Source: Negaprion brevirostris (lineage: Eukaryota). Taken from it: a stretch of 64,000 nt of DNA. The notes beneath the pieces were generated by a model. That model was not told the DNA's origin, ran no database searches, and saw nothing but the letters and a program-made list of their open reading frames with translations. The stretch is from assembly GCA_030324005.1 (NCBI GenBank), contig JARDVH010000167.1:15524821-15588820 (forward strand), given 5' to 3'. A program made the translations under genes and the position numbers. Positions 38,316-52,450 of this stretch are shown here, in pieces; the first letter of the stretch is position 1; each line of letters opens with the position of its first letter.

Positions 38316-40159
38316 CAGCATGTACCTGTTAATTAATGGTGTTAATTTGTTTGTTACTGGCGTGAATGCTAATTGAGAGATGATGGTAGCAGTGTGAAAT
38401 TTACACGTGACAATAAACACCCTTGCTCTGGCTTTGTGGTTGGAGTAATCTATCCTTTGTATTTTTCTCAATTGTAACAATCATTAAGTGATTAAACTAT
38501 TCTGCGTCAATCCCCACAAGTTGGGAGGTAGGATCCAGGATTGACCTGGTTGACCAACTTTTGTACCTGGTTGGATCTCCATACACAAGATTGCCGTGAC
38601 CACACATCCAAGCATGCAATCTCGCAACAAGCAACTGTCACTAATGATTTTCCTTGTCCCTCTGCAAAGCTTCAGAAATCAAGACAAACCTTGTTCGCGG
38701 TACTTAAGCCTGCATGTAAATAGATGTGAACACAGATAATTGGAGAAATCGGAAGAAGAATGATTCACAGTAGTGAGAGTGAAGCAAAAGGTGGAGAGGA
38801 GAAACTGTGAATGCCATTTTGTCTTTGCAGTGAAGCTGACAGTAATCGGTCTGAATCCACAATGATAGAAGCAGGAGCAATGCTTAGGCTGCGGTGTCGT
38901 TTGCAAGATTGGGAATACACACACGGTGTAAAACACACAGAGAGAACTGCTCACTACCAGGATGATTATTTGTGACTTTGAGTCTTAACTGACAAGCAGG
39001 TTTCCAGTGTGTTAAATTTGGAAAAAAATGAGTTTGATGGCTGGGGGCTTTACTTCATGCCAACTGTTTTCAGCCCATAGCCATGTGTGGATTTGCCTGA
39101 TTCTGATGATTTCAGATGGGTAACTGGTTGAAAGAGCTTCTACCTCTAGTTACTAGGAGACTGTCTTGATAAGCAGAGGATGATGGATTTGAAGCAGCCA
39201 CATCAATGGTATTCAGGCAGCAAGTCTGATTAAAGCATGGACGGGCTGACCATATTGACCTGAGTGATCAATGCTGCTTTCATCGAGTTTGTGCTTTATG
39301 CTGGTAGGCAATGCCCCATTCTTCTCGTCAAATCACAATTGAAATTCTTGTATCACATATATGGCATATGTCGTCAGCTCCAGGTTTAGTTGTGCCATTC
39401 AGGGGAGAGTCAAAAAGCACCAAGCATTTAGACTCCTGAGCGGCCATCAAGCAATTTCCACACAACGGATTGCTGCTCTTGTGTATTGTTTAATCGACTG
39501 AGCAAAACTTTCAGGAAACAAATGCAGATGAATAGATACGCCCTTCTGCTCTTGGAGTTCACATAGAGGTCATGGGTGTGACTGGCTGACGCCAAGCAAG
39601 CTTGTTTTGCTCTGGAAATTCCCAGAGGCACATTAGACCCAGACAAGATTCTTTATATGCTGCCCTACCCAAGGCAACAAAATCATGTTATCAAATCCAG
39701 GGGAATAAAATGTTCTCAAAACTCGCTGCTGGTTCCCTCAGCCTAGGCCAGCCCTTTCTTTCCCGATAGCTCTCCATGATACAAATACCGAACTGCACAG
39801 TTACAGTGACCCACAAAGCCCTTACCAGCACTCCTATATCATACACCATTCTTGCTTATACTAAATTTGTGACTACATTCACCTATGTCATGGCTGATAG
39901 TGATCAGTTTATTCTTCTCATGAAGCTTGACCTCTGACATGAAATTCATCCTCATTGTCACCAACTGTTTCCTGCGCTCGCGCTTGCACTCACACAACAC
40001 TCGCATGCTCACACTATCCCTTGCAGTTGCTTACCCGACCTTCATTCTTAGCTCAGTCAAGCTCTCACTGCACTATATCCATATTTCCTCACCTCAAGTG
40101 AACTCTTTAGTTTCCAAATCCTGGGATTCTCCCTCCCCAGTCCTTTGGTTCAGGTTATC

Positions 40160-40430
40160 ACAGTATCATAGAACTGTTACAATGCAGAAGGGGAGCATTC
40201 GGCTTATCGTACCTGCACCAGCTCTCCAAATNNNNNNNNNNNTGCCATTTCCCCATACCCTTATGCACTGTTTCCATTCAAATAATCATTAATTCCCTTG
40301 AATGCCTCCACCACACTTCCAGGCCGTGCATTCCAGACTCAAACAAGTCACTTCTTTTGCAAATCACTTTAAATCTGTGTCTTCTCGTTCTTGACCCTTT
40401 TATGAGACAGGAACAGATTCTTCTGCTATT
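40160..40430 (-). mobile_element. CR1 3' end fragment
   Basis: Reverse tail atcatagaactgttacaatgcagaaggggagcattcggc, followed by gcattccagac and ttaaatctgtgtcttctcgttcttgacc. Confidence 0.7.
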
Positions 40431-40439
40431 GCGTTGCCA

Positions 40440-41850
40440 CATCTGGCCAAGAATGCTTATGGACAGTTAAGCAGCTAATGGCAGGAGGAGGCTTCATAAA
40501 CATCCAGTGCTCAATGATGACAGAGCCCTGCACCAAAGTTAAGTTTATTTTCAGCCAAAATTGCCAGCCTTTTCTTCAGGTTATCACTATCGCAGCATCC
40601 AGTGTTCAGCCCATTTGATTCACTTAATGTGATAGCTGGATAATCTGATAAAGTGATCAACTCTGATGACATTTCAGCTATGTGTCGAGACTCGTTCTTG
40701 AGAACTATCTGTACCATTTCAGTCCAGATGCAACACTGGGATCCACATGACAAAGTAGATAATTGCCAAGACATTTTGCGTTGACAAAGAGCAAACCAAT
40801 ATAGTGCCCCACCAGTCTAGTCTCAATCAGCATCAGTAATGGTTGACAATGCTTTCAAGCTTCATTTGCTTATCGGTGTTCAGTTNNNNNNNNNNNNNNN
40901 NNNNNNNNNTTCAGAACTCAGCCCTGGTCCAAACATGGACAGAGCAGCTGAACGCCAGAGGTGAGGTGAGAGTTTCTGCCCTTGATGTCAAGGCAGTATT
41001 TGACTGTGGTGCATCCTGAAGCTTTAGTTAAATTGAAGTCAGTGAAAATTGGGGCAATGCTTTCCGCTGGTTGGAGTCATACTGAGCACAAAGAAAGGTG
41101 GTGTGGTTTTTGGAGATCAATTATCTCAGTTCCAAGTTCTGTCAAGGTTCCTCCATGCACTATTCTTTGTGTCTTCAGATGTTTCATTGATGACCTTCCC
41201 ACCATTATATGTTCAGAAGTAGGGATGTTTACCGATGATTGCAGTGTTCAGTTCTGCAAATCCACAGATGATGAAACAGTCTATTGCTTGCATGCAGACC
41301 TGGACAAGATTTCGGCTTGGGCTGATAAGTGGTGAATAACATTTATCCCACTGAAGTACCAGATAACATCACCTCCAGCAAGAGAGTCTGAGCTCTTCCC
41401 TATGACATTCAGTGGCATTACCCACTACTAAATTCTGCACCATCAGCTTCCTGGAGTCATCATTGACCTGAAACGAAACTGGAGAGGCAGCCCAAAGACT
41501 CATGGCTACAGGAGCAGGTTCAAAACTATCCATTTGATCAGCACTCCAATCTCTCCCATCTTAAACATTCACTCATTATACCATTGGCACACTGTGGCTG
41601 CCATGTGCACCATCTACATGATGCACTGCAGCAGCAACTTTTTGCAACACTTCCAAAGCCTGTGATCTCTTTCATTAAGTAGGTCAAGGGCAGCAGGTAT
41701 GTTGGAACACCATCACTTCCAAGTTCCCCTCTTGAGTGATGCACGACTCTGACTTGGAAATAAATCATCATTCTTTCGTTGTCAATGGAGCTCCCTGCCT
41801 AAGCTAAGTGCTGGCGTTGTCAATAGCTCTCATTTCCCATAAATAAAAAT
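40440..41850 (+). mobile_element. CR1/L2-group LINE RT plus 3' UTR, decayed
   Basis: Peptides ALDVKAVFD, CFIDDLPTII, GMFTDDC and DLDKISAWADKW. The 3' end reads tttcccataaataaaaa. Confidence 0.8.
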
Positions 41851-42084
41851 TGTTGGTTTTTGGAAGCCTATGTAACTTGTCTACCAAAACCCTGTAATTT
41901 GCTATATTCAGTAATAAAATTTCTCATTCCACGAGTAACATGTTTTCCCCTCAGACCATCTGTGGCACACAACTTTTGTAGTACAAATTCACCAGAACTC
42001 TTTAACGTGAGTAACTCAGCATGGCTGATTTGAGAAAAACAAGGAGATAAGTCCCCTGGGCCGGACGGGATTTACCCTAGGATT

Positions 42085-42296
42085 CTTTGGGAGGCTAGAG
42101 AGGTGATTGCGGAGCCTCTGGNNNNNNNNNNNNNNNNNNNNNNNNNNNNNNNNNNNNNNNNNNNNNNNNNNNNNNNNNNNNNNNNNNNNNNNNNNNNNNN
42201 NNNNNNNNNNNNNNNNNNNNNTGGTCGGCGCAACATCGTGGGCCGAAGGGCCTGTTCTGCGCTGTAGTGTTCTATGTTCTATGTTCTATGTTCTAT
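42085..42296 (+). mobile_element. Young CR1 spanning a gap, with (ttctatg)n tail
   Basis: Starts with cccctgggccggacgggatttaccctaggattctttgggaggctagagag (PGPDGIYPRILWEARE, from ~42055) and ends gggccgaagggcctgttctgcgctgtagtg(ttctatg)3. Confidence 0.8.
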
Positions 42297-43359
42297 CTTG
42301 TGTGTGAACTGGAATCAATTATCTTGGATAGTACAGCAGAGAATTCAGGTGTGTGTGTGGTCCATGCTCACCTACAGCATATTTTGTTGTCAAAGCAGAT
42401 ATACATTCATGGGGGTGTACTTCAATTAATTTGAGGAAACTCTCTGCCTTTTGACGTGTGGACTGTTTCTTGGTTTGGAGCTACTAGCAAAGGCATGTTC
42501 CAGCTATTGGCTCATGGGTCATGGCAAGGGTTAATCATTCTCTTTAGCACAGATACATGTAATATTTCCATGTCAGTGCTGTTTTAGTGGGGTGGAACTG
42601 TGAAAACATTGAGCTCTGATCACAGCAGTCGCTCTTTAAACTCTGTGACCTGTCCTGTCAATGTTACAGCAGGGCCTGCCTGGGAGTGGGAGTTGTATTG
42701 GTTAACCTGTGCTCTCCACAATACTGAATGCTACTTTGTCAGTCAGTTGGGATGAGCGTACATTACTGGGTGGCCTGGAACGGCAAACAGTCCTGTTTTC
42801 TGAGCCAAAGGAGGAGAATTTAATCCTCTTCTGTGCTGAATTATTACATGTAAGTGATTATCAGATGAGCAGACAGTTTTGCTTCTTCCATAATCCCTCA
42901 GGTGCTTTGAATCAGGTGAGCAGTTGTATTTTTCATTTAGACGGCAGCACATCATGCAGTTGAAACGCCCCCCAAGCTTTTACACAAAGGTCTGGATTTT
43001 ACACAAGGTTTTGATGGTGAACTGTCAACATGTGTCAGTGCTGCTCTTCTTAAATAGCTTCAAGATTTAGAGCAAGTGAAGGTTAATGTGAAGATCCTGA
43101 AAATGCTCTTAGTTGCTCCTCCAGAGATTGTGCTGTGGCCCTGCAACTCCCTTACTTTTGCTAGAAGTGAAACATGGGATTCCATTCAGACCTTTTCCTA
43201 ATGGGTTGCCTGAAAATTGGTTGCTTAGCTCGATGACATCCACCTGCATCTCAGGGCTTTCTGAAAAAGGTCACTGGTGAGCATCCTTGGTTCACTGCTC
43301 GCCTTAAAATCCAGTCCATTGAATTGATGTTCAAAGGGCCGGAATGGCTTGTTTTATGA

Positions 43360-43640
43360 TTTTTGGAGGAGACATTAAACTGGTGCCCCATCTGCCTGCT
43401 CAACAGAATGAACAAGATTTCATCAAGCTACTAAAAGAGCAGAGGAGCTCTCCTGTTGACCTGATCAATGTTTATCCATCAGCCACAAAATGAAAAATAC
43501 ACTACAGGATACCGTTAATAGTTTTGGATCTTGCGGTGTGCAAATTGGATGCTGCATTTGCCAACGTGACATAGTGGAGAATGTGATAAAGATAGTTCTT
43601 GAAACTTGAAGATATTGTCTCATGAAAGGAACAAAATAAG
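43360..43640 (+). mobile_element. DeuSINE-like SINE fragment
   Basis: ggaggagacattaaactggtgccccatctgcc...gagcagaggagctctcctg...ggatcttgcggtgtgcaaattggatgctgcatt. Confidence 0.55.
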
Positions 43641-46429
43641 TGCCGGATTTTTTTCTGATTTTTGTCCACTGTCAGTTTTTATTCAAATGCCATGTTCACT
43701 TCATGGCATACTTATTTGAGGTGAGGTAAACACGTTATCCAGTGAAGTGAGGATGGTGGTGTTGCCAAAGACTTGCAGTCACTGTGATTTACACCACTTG
43801 ACATGTCAGATAATGGACACTGCTTGCACCTGATGAATTGATCATTTTTCACAAATAGGCCTTAGTTCAATAGCGCCGAAATACATTTTCCTGATTCCAC
43901 CCACGACACTGTGTTACTAACTAACCTGCTGTTCCCATACAAAGTAGCGAGCAGCAGTCACACAATTTCCTACATAATCAGGTGAAAAACACTTGTGCGT
44001 TCTGTCCATGTTGCCATCTGTTAGTATGGCAAATTGGAATCAGAATCACCCACAGTTCCTGGTAGCTATCTTCAGACCAGCAAAAACGGGTATGTGGGAG
44101 CATTTTCACTTCCTTGTTCTTGAGTTAAGAACATAAGCACGTAAGAAATAGGAGCAGGNNNNNNNNNNNNNNNNNNNNNNNNNNNNNNNNNNNNNNNNNN
44201 NNNNNNNNNNNNNNNNNNNNNNNNNNNNNNNNNNNNNNNNNNNNNNNNNNNNNNNNNNAACTCTGATCTAAACTGACCCCCCCCCCCCCCCCCCCTTTTA
44301 TTTTGAGGCTGTGCCCTCTCGTTCTGCTGTCTTTGAGTTGAGTCTATCTTTCTGGAAACCCAGTTGGGAAAAATGCAGGGGAAGTAAGATCCATAGTTTA
44401 GGCATGGTATGTTTTACCATTCAAGCCAGTAATTTCAGCTTGATGTTCTCTGTATGCTCTTTCACAAGTGCATTACGTACCGCAGCTGGACATTTTCTAG
44501 AATGTGTATGATTATAGGATGTGCCATAAAATACCAGATACACAACAAATCCATGGAATTTATTTCAGCCAGTCTTAATACGTATGCGTATTCTGGTGTA
44601 TTTGAATATTCCATGTTCAGAATCTCACAAGATGTAATTTAATCAATGGGTGCCAATGAATATAATTCTATCAGTAATAACAGCTTTGTCGGTCAGGTTA
44701 TTTTGTAACTCCAGATGCTGCAACGTGAAGCTTTGTTCCAGTGTTTGTCACATGGTACTTTCCTGATCTTGTCTGTGCAGGCTAGTGAGATGAAGCATCT
44801 GCTCTCTGAAATGAAAAATGGGAGTACAAGTCACCCCAGACTGCACCTGTGTATCTCCCAGGGGCTTGACATGAAGCAGCATTTACTGATCTGTCTGCCT
44901 CAGGCAGAAATTGGTGCAAGATGTTACAGGAAGACTAACCCGAAATGCAGGGGGAAGCAGGCTTTTAAAAACAAGGATCAAGTAAAATAAATTTACACTC
45001 CACAGACAAGGGATCCCTTTTAAAGGAATCTCAACTCATGAGAGACTAATTACCAAACCGTTTTTCATTTATTCCCACGCAATGCACTAATATAAATTAT
45101 GTTGGGATACATCAGTGCCATCTTATCCCTCGCAACACGCACCAGTGAAGAACTCCACGAGGGATGAGTGAACTGCATTACACGAGGAACACCTCATTTT
45201 GGCACTCTTGATATCTTTCAGTGTTGACTTTCAAACTCAGTTTTAGTTTTGCTTTTGTGTGCTGTCAGTTGGCTGCACGAAAGTATATTTATTTGTGAGA
45301 GGATTACGGATCAGCTGAATCTGTCAGAGTATTTTAGCTCAGAAAATTTGCTGAGAAGTTTTTGAGAATGAGATTTTGAATTATGCAGTGTTTTTAATAT
45401 ATGCATATTTGGTATTTTGGCTCTTTTTGTTGCTTATTGAGGCCCCAGATGTTATATCCTACCTGGTCACTAAGGCTGTATTCATCTTCTTTTGGAAATT
45501 AAATTGAATTTGAAGGAGTATTCAAACCTTGGATTTGGAAGTTTTCTGATTTGTGAGCAAACTTGAACCTGGCTACATCAATTAGATTTGAATATTTATA
45601 GGTATAAATTGCTACTAACATAATCAAAGCATCAGTAATTTCACTCCTGGTTATGTATTATTACAAAATGGCCTTTGTAACTGCAAACCTGATTTTAAAT
45701 GATTTTCAGAAACCCCATTATGTCATGTGTCGGATTAGTTATAAAAAATGTTAACTTAATACCGCTAACAAGTTGAGCGTTTAGTAAGCATAGTCATAGA
45801 AAGTTCACAACTTGGAATCCCACGTTTAAATTATGAGTGGTATTTTGTAGGGATTGGATAGACGATGCATTTCATTGTACAAAAGCAGATAAACTGATCG
45901 ATTGCTTAGTTTCTCTGCTCAGCTGTCTGGAAGGAGTCACGAGATTGACAATTAACCTTACCTTATTTATAGAATTGACATTAAAAAGAATAAGCAGTGG
46001 TGAGATTAAAAGCTCGAAACATAGGTTCACAGAAAAAAAGGTACATTGCTATTATAACCAGATCTGATTAATGACTGCGATAATGGCATTTGACTGAGAA
46101 ATTCATCGTGTTACAAGAGAACTGCTTAAAGTTTATTTATTTGCATCATCACATGTCAGCTGACATTAACACTGCAATGAAGTTACTGTGAAAATCCCCA
46201 AGTTATTAAAGGCAAATCTGCTGAGAAGAACTCAACAGGGCCAAAAAGCAAGAACTAATTCAACTGTGATTTTGAGTAATAAGTTGTACTTTCTGCTGTG
46301 CTGGAGAAATAAAAGCCAACTGTTGATCCTAGTGCTAAAGAATTAAAAACACACATTAAAAGCACAAAATGCTGGATAAACTCGGCAGGTCTGACAACAT
46401 CTGTAGAAACATCATTAATGTTTAGAGTC

Positions 46430-46995
46430 CACAAGAAGTTGTACAAGGCATTGTTAAGGCCAAACTTGGAATACTGTGTCCAGTTCTGGTCACCCAATTA
46501 TAGAAAGGATATTATTAAACTAGACAGAGTGCAGAAAAGATTTACTTGGATGCTTCCGGGACTTGATGGTTTGAGTTAGGAGAGGCTGCATAGAGTGGGA
46601 CATTTTTTCCATGGAGCGTAGGAGGCTTAGGGGTGATCTTATAGAGGTGTGTAAAATAATGAGGGGCATAGATCAGCTAGATAGTCAATATTATTTCCCA
46701 AAGGTAGGGATATCTAAAACTAGAGGTCATAGGTTTAAGGTGAGAGGCAAGAGATACAGAAGGGTCTAGAAGGGCAATTGTTTCACACTGAGGGTGGTGA
46801 GTTTCTGAAACGAGCTGCTACAGGCGGGTAGAATTTTGACTTCTAAAAAGCATTTTGACAGTTACATGGGTAAAATGGGAGAGAGGGATATGGGCCAAAT
46901 GTGGGGAATTGGACTTAGCTTAGTGGTTTAACAAAAAAGGAGCGGCATGGACAACTTGGACCAAAGGGCCTGTTTCCATGCTGTAAAGCTCTGAC
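46430..46995 (+). mobile_element. CR1 ORF2 C-terminus and 3' UTR
   Basis: Peptides KLYKALLRPNLEYCVQFWSPNYRKDIIKLDRVQKRFT.MLPGL and ERRRLRGDLIEV.KIMRG, then TRGHRFKV. A Penelope terminal fragment (minus) abuts it at ~46355-46425. Confidence 0.9.
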
Positions 46996-48029
46996 TCTTC
47001 TTCAGAATCTCACNNNNNCCACCCAGTATTGTTCTCGTGGTGTGCAATTTAATATTGTAGAAATTGATATCCTTTCGATCGGCTCCGTTACATTCCATCT
47101 GTGTGACATCAGCTACCTGGCTGCCTCCTCAGAAGTCACTCTGGAGGCAAAGCCACTTGCGCATTTGTAAGTGGTATTTAAAAAATGATGTGACAGAGTT
47201 GTGGGCAGTAGATTTTTATTGTGGGGGAAATCTCAGAATGATAGCCACAAGACCACTATTGACTCATTGCAGAAAAACAAACTAATTTGAGCCTTATTTT
47301 GTGCAGTTATTTAACATTAAAAGGAATACATTTGCATTCCTGGTGTTTCTGCCCCTCACCTTGGCAAAATCAGGTACCCAGCACTAAATGATAGAGAACA
47401 TCTCTCGGGATTATGAATTGATTTGCAGTAAGTATTTGCATCATCAGTTAAGTCGCTAAGGTACAAGGACCAATGAATTTGCAATATACAAGAGGAAGCT
47501 GATCAGCAAACTTGGCTGGCTGCCTAACGCGGAGTACTGGCCTGGGACCAGGCTCTTTTCGCTGCCTTTCCAGCTCTTGTTTATTTTCCTCACTGCTTCA
47601 CAAGTAATTTAGGAATTTCAAAGCATCAACCGTTGAAGTGTTCCTATGTGTTCAATGGGCCATCTGATAGTGAAGCCCCACAGAGCATGAAATGAAGCAC
47701 AGAAGTTAATAATGAAAGTCGTCTAGCTTTGGAACAGGTTATAAAAAGGCACGTAGAGTATGTGTTCCCACACACTTGTCATTGCAACCCTCCCTCTCTA
47801 TTACCAGTAGTTTGGTGTGTGAGAGATAGGTCTCAGATGACTTGATATTGTATGTCTCTCTGTCCAGAGTTTGAGGCACTGAACACTCAGTGGTACAGCA
47901 ATTTGAGATGGCATTCAATCTTTTTGTTGAATGTGTTTGTGATTAGCCCATTGAGTTCATGCATACTTGGGTACTGAGCACCAGTATAATTTTACTTATT
48001 CTCCTAACAACATCCAATGAGAATGGTGC

Positions 48030-48324
48030 ATCATAGAATCCCTACAATACAGAAGGAGGCTATTCGACCTATCGAGTCTGCACTGACCACAATCCCATCC
48101 TATCCCCGTAACGCAATGTATTTATACTGCAAGTCCTTTGACACTAATGGACAATTTAGCACGGATGATCAATCTAACCTATGCATCTTTGGACTGTGGG
48201 AGGAAACCGGAGCACCCGGAGGAAACCCACACAGGCAAGGGGAGAATGTGCAGACTCCACACAGACAGTGACCTGGGCCACTGGCGCTGTGAGGCAGCAG
48301 TGCTAACCACTGTGCCACCGTGCC
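48030..48324 (-). mobile_element. V-SINE/HE1-type SINE
   Basis: Tail tcatagaatccctacaatacagaaggaggc, V-core and head ggcgctgtgaggcagcagtgctaaccactgtgccaccgtgcc, with the B-box region deleted. Confidence 0.9.
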
Positions 48325-50414
48325 ATCCGATCGTTCAATGTTTGACTTGCATCAAGTGTCGCAAGGGTTTTTGCTTTAAATTCATAAATCCTTATTTGAT
48401 GTCTTTTAGCTGCTTAAACCCATCATCACTTGAATTGTTTTCAGAGACAGGACTCAAAACTCCCAACTGAGAAATAAGATACTTTCATAGTCTGAACAAA
48501 CTGTTTGTCTCCTGGGAGAATTCAACAAGAGAGCCAAATTTAATGCATGAATTGGAACTCAATTCATGCCATAATTTCTCTAAATACAGGTAAGACTGGA
48601 ACCATTCAACCTGACAACATCATCCTTGTAACCTTCCCATCAATTCCATTTCCCAGCCTCCTCATTGTCTCAGTGAACCTGAACATTATCTTCAACCTCA
48701 TGGTGATCTTCCAACTCCATACTCTCTCCATTACGACAACCAGCTACTTTCATCTGAATCATGTTACCCGTGCAGCCCATGTTTTGATAAAGCGCTTAAT
48801 CTTTCGCCTCCATAAACTCATCCCAAATATTTCTATCTTGCAGCAAATCCTGTCCTCATTAATCTGAATTGGTCCAAACTCTGATCTGTAAATATTTCCA
48901 AACCCTGATCTGTAAATATTTTCATCCTGGCCTTGCCCCTTCTGATGTAATGTCATCAAGCCTTCACAACTATGTCCCTTTCTCACCCCTCCTAACCCTT
49001 TAGAGTACTTTTCCTTGGGCTTTTTGTGCATCCCTTGATGCTTTGCTCCACCATTGATGTTTGAACATTCAGATGCCTAGGTCCTATCTTCTGGAGTTAA
49101 TATCATAAAATCCCTCTGCCCCTTTATCCCCTTATCCAAGTCCCATCCCAAGTATCACGAACTAAGCTTTTGGTCACTTTTCCCATGTTCTTAGAACACT
49201 GCAAAGCAAGTTTGGATGTTTGTTCTGTACAAAAATGCTGTATAAACATAAGTTGTAGTTGTTTTTGTAGTTCTGCTTTAGGGGGAAACCTAGAAAAAAA
49301 GAAACAGCTGTGAGGGCAACTGGCAGGTGTATCAGAATCACTATTCATACCTCTTGGAGATGAGAAATGGAACAGTGATGCAGGCTGCCTTTTTGTTCAT
49401 TTCAACTGATGCACAAGAGAGAGAAAGCAAACTAACTTGGTGTGTGCAGGAAATAAAGGGAAAGTAAGCCAAGCATGAGTTCAGTGGCATCACTGCGTTT
49501 GATAAATATTACAAAAAGTCCATCCCCTCACATTTCCATGATTGAATATTTCTGAAGTAGTCCCCTGACTCCTGAGTGATCTGTCAGCACAGCAGTGTGT
49601 GTGTCTCACAGAGAAATATGTCAGTATTTGTTATCTGGCTTAACTTGTTCCATAAGGTGGTTCACTGATTGTCCGGGCTTGGGTTTCAAATATCGCTCAC
49701 AGCACTGAGTAAAAATCCTGTAGCGTTTCAGTCTTTTGAGCTCTCAAACTAGTCCATTTATCCAGGGATAATTGATTCTGAAGCCATCCGGTTTAAGTAG
49801 ATTGTTATTGACATGGGTTAGAGAGCTCCTGTCCCTGAGGCAGTTAGGTCAGAATGTCAGTTTCCCATAGATCCATCCTGCCCTGTGTACACACCATGGC
49901 AGTCTGGCCATACACTGCTTCAAGGATTCTGCCCTGCAGCTGAAATGGATGGAGGACGTATTACTGGTGAAGATGCCAGTGTGTGCTTATTTCATTTAAA
50001 ACAATGTCACTTTGGCAGTGCATATACCGTGATCAGTCATTTCAACAAAAATTGTACGTTTATTGGCTGACAAGAGGGCAATTATACAGATAACCTGTGC
50101 CATTTAATATAAAGCTCTTTTACCAGTATGCCTTGTGTGTTTCCTGTGTTGAGCGAAAGACAGCGTGGGCTTACTGGCGCAGAAACTGCTCTTACTTTCT
50201 GAGTATCACTTTCATTCAGTTTGAAGCACAAATTAAAGGCTAGCTTTCTCAGGCCCACTTTGTACATCTTGATGAAAAACCGTATTGACGTGGATGGTCC
50301 AGATGCATACAATTCTCCATGTTCAAACCGGCTGTTATCCCCCGCCACACAGTAGTGCATCATATCTGACTCATCCTGGGGTAAATCTACTTGAAGTGAC
50401 TGNNNNNNNNNNAC

Positions 50415-52450
50415 TGGGATGGTGGTCATTTTATACTGATAGAATATCAATGTCCAGCTTTCCATCTATGATCCTTGATGAGGACAATAGAAGATACATT
50501 TTCAGATCAGATCTTGCAGCTTGAAGCTGGGCATCATGAGGCACAGTGGGCCATCAGCAGCAGCCAAATTGTACACCACCACAATATATTAGTTGATGGC
50601 CCAGCATATCTTTCACCCTACCATGACCATCAAGCCAATGGACCCAGTTCAGTGAGGAGTATAGGAGAGCATGTCATGAGCATCACCATATATGCTAAGA
50701 ATGAGGGACCGCCTGATGAAGCTACAACACCTGAGAGGTTTAAAAATACTCAACAGCAGAACTAGCATGCCATTGATAAGCTAAACAACTCCACAGATCA
50801 CACTAAAGCTCTACCACTAAACAGCTAACCAGAGGAGGCAGCTCTGCAAATACCTCCATCCTCAGTGTAAGCGTGACCCAGTGCTAACAAGGCTGAAGTT
50901 NNNNNNNNNNTGCTAGAATTACTGAGTGGATGATCCCTTTTGACTTCCTCCTGAGATTCCCAGCATCACAGATGCCAGTCTTCAGCCAGTTTGATTCACT
51001 TCATGTGATATCAAAACATAGCTGACAGCACTGGACAAAGCAAAGCCCAAAGAATATTCCAGCTGGAATACTGAAGGCATGCTTTACGATGAGAGACATG
51101 TTTCACAGTGAGCCATGTCTCTAGCTAAGTTGCTGCATCACATTTGCAATAAAACTAACATCTCCCCAAGGATGTGGAAGATTGTCCAGGTATGTACTGT
51201 GCACAAACAGAACAAACCCAATCCATCCACTTCGCACTGTAGCAATTTACTCTCCATCATTAGCAAAGTGACAAGGTATTACCAAATTATAGTGCCATCA
51301 TGTGACACTTAAATCAGCAGTGACCTCCTCACTGGCAGTCAGTTTGTGTTTTGCCAGGAACACTGGCTTCAGACATCATTACGTCAAGGGCAAACCCTCC
51401 TCTGACTGGAGTCGTACTTCAAACAAAGTAAAATGGTTGTGCTTGTTGGGTTCCAATCACCTCAGTCCCACAAGGTGGCTGCAGGAGTTACACACGGTAG
51501 TATCATAGACCTCAACCATGTTTTAGCTGCTTTATCAATGGCTGACCCTTTATTGTAAAGTCAGTATTTGGGATCCGTTTTTGATCTAGTAGTGTTGGGT
51601 ACCATTTGTGACTCCTTGGATACTGAATCAGTCCATGTCGCATATAACAAGACTTGGACAACATTCAAGGCTTGAATTGGTAAGTAACAAGTAACATGAA
51701 TGCTGCACAATGCCAGGCAGTAGCCATTTCTAACAAGAGGGAATCTAATCACCTCTCCTTGCCATTCAGTGCTATTACCATCACTGAGTTCCCTCATCAA
51801 CAACATGGGAGTAACCATGGAAAGAATCTTACGCAGAACAGCCAGATCAATGTTGTGGCTACAAGATTAGATCAGAAGTTGGGAATTCGGTGCTATGTGG
51901 CTTCTTGACTTTCCAAATCCTGTCCACCATCAAGGCACAAATCAGGAATATGATGAAATACTCTGCACTTGATGAGTGCAGCTCCAACAGCACCTAAGAA
52001 GCTCAACACCATTCAAGACCAAGTAACCTGCTTTATTGACACGCCATTCACCACCACCATCATTTACTCCCTCCAGTACTGGCTATAGTGTGCACCATAT
52101 CTACAAGATGCACTGGAGCAGCTTCCCGTGGCTCCTTCAACACCATGTTCCAAATCCACAACCTCTGCCAGTTAGAATGACAAGGGCAATGGTTGATGGG
52201 AATGCCTCCACCTGCATGTTCCCCTCTGAGTTGCATACCATCTGCACTTGAAAATATACAGCCATTCCTTACGTATTGCTAGGGCAAAATCCTTAAACTC
52301 CCTTTCTAACAACACGGAATGTACCTACACCACATGGACTGCACTGGTTCAAGAAGGCCATTCACCATCACTTTGTCAAGGTAATTGGCAATGGGCAATA
52401 AGTACTTGCCTTCAAATGATACCTGTGGCCCATGTACAATTAAAATGCAC
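50415..52450 (+). mobile_element. CR1/L2-group LINE, long decayed copy
   Basis: Remnants MWKIVQVCTVHK, LLSIISKV, CFIN and KSCPPS/AQIRNMMKYS, plus tail ggcaatgggcaataagtacttgcc. It is homologous to 40440-41850. Confidence 0.75.

Noticed and set aside
48874-48921. 24-bp tandem duplication
   Set aside because: Ordinary slippage inside an old L2 fragment.
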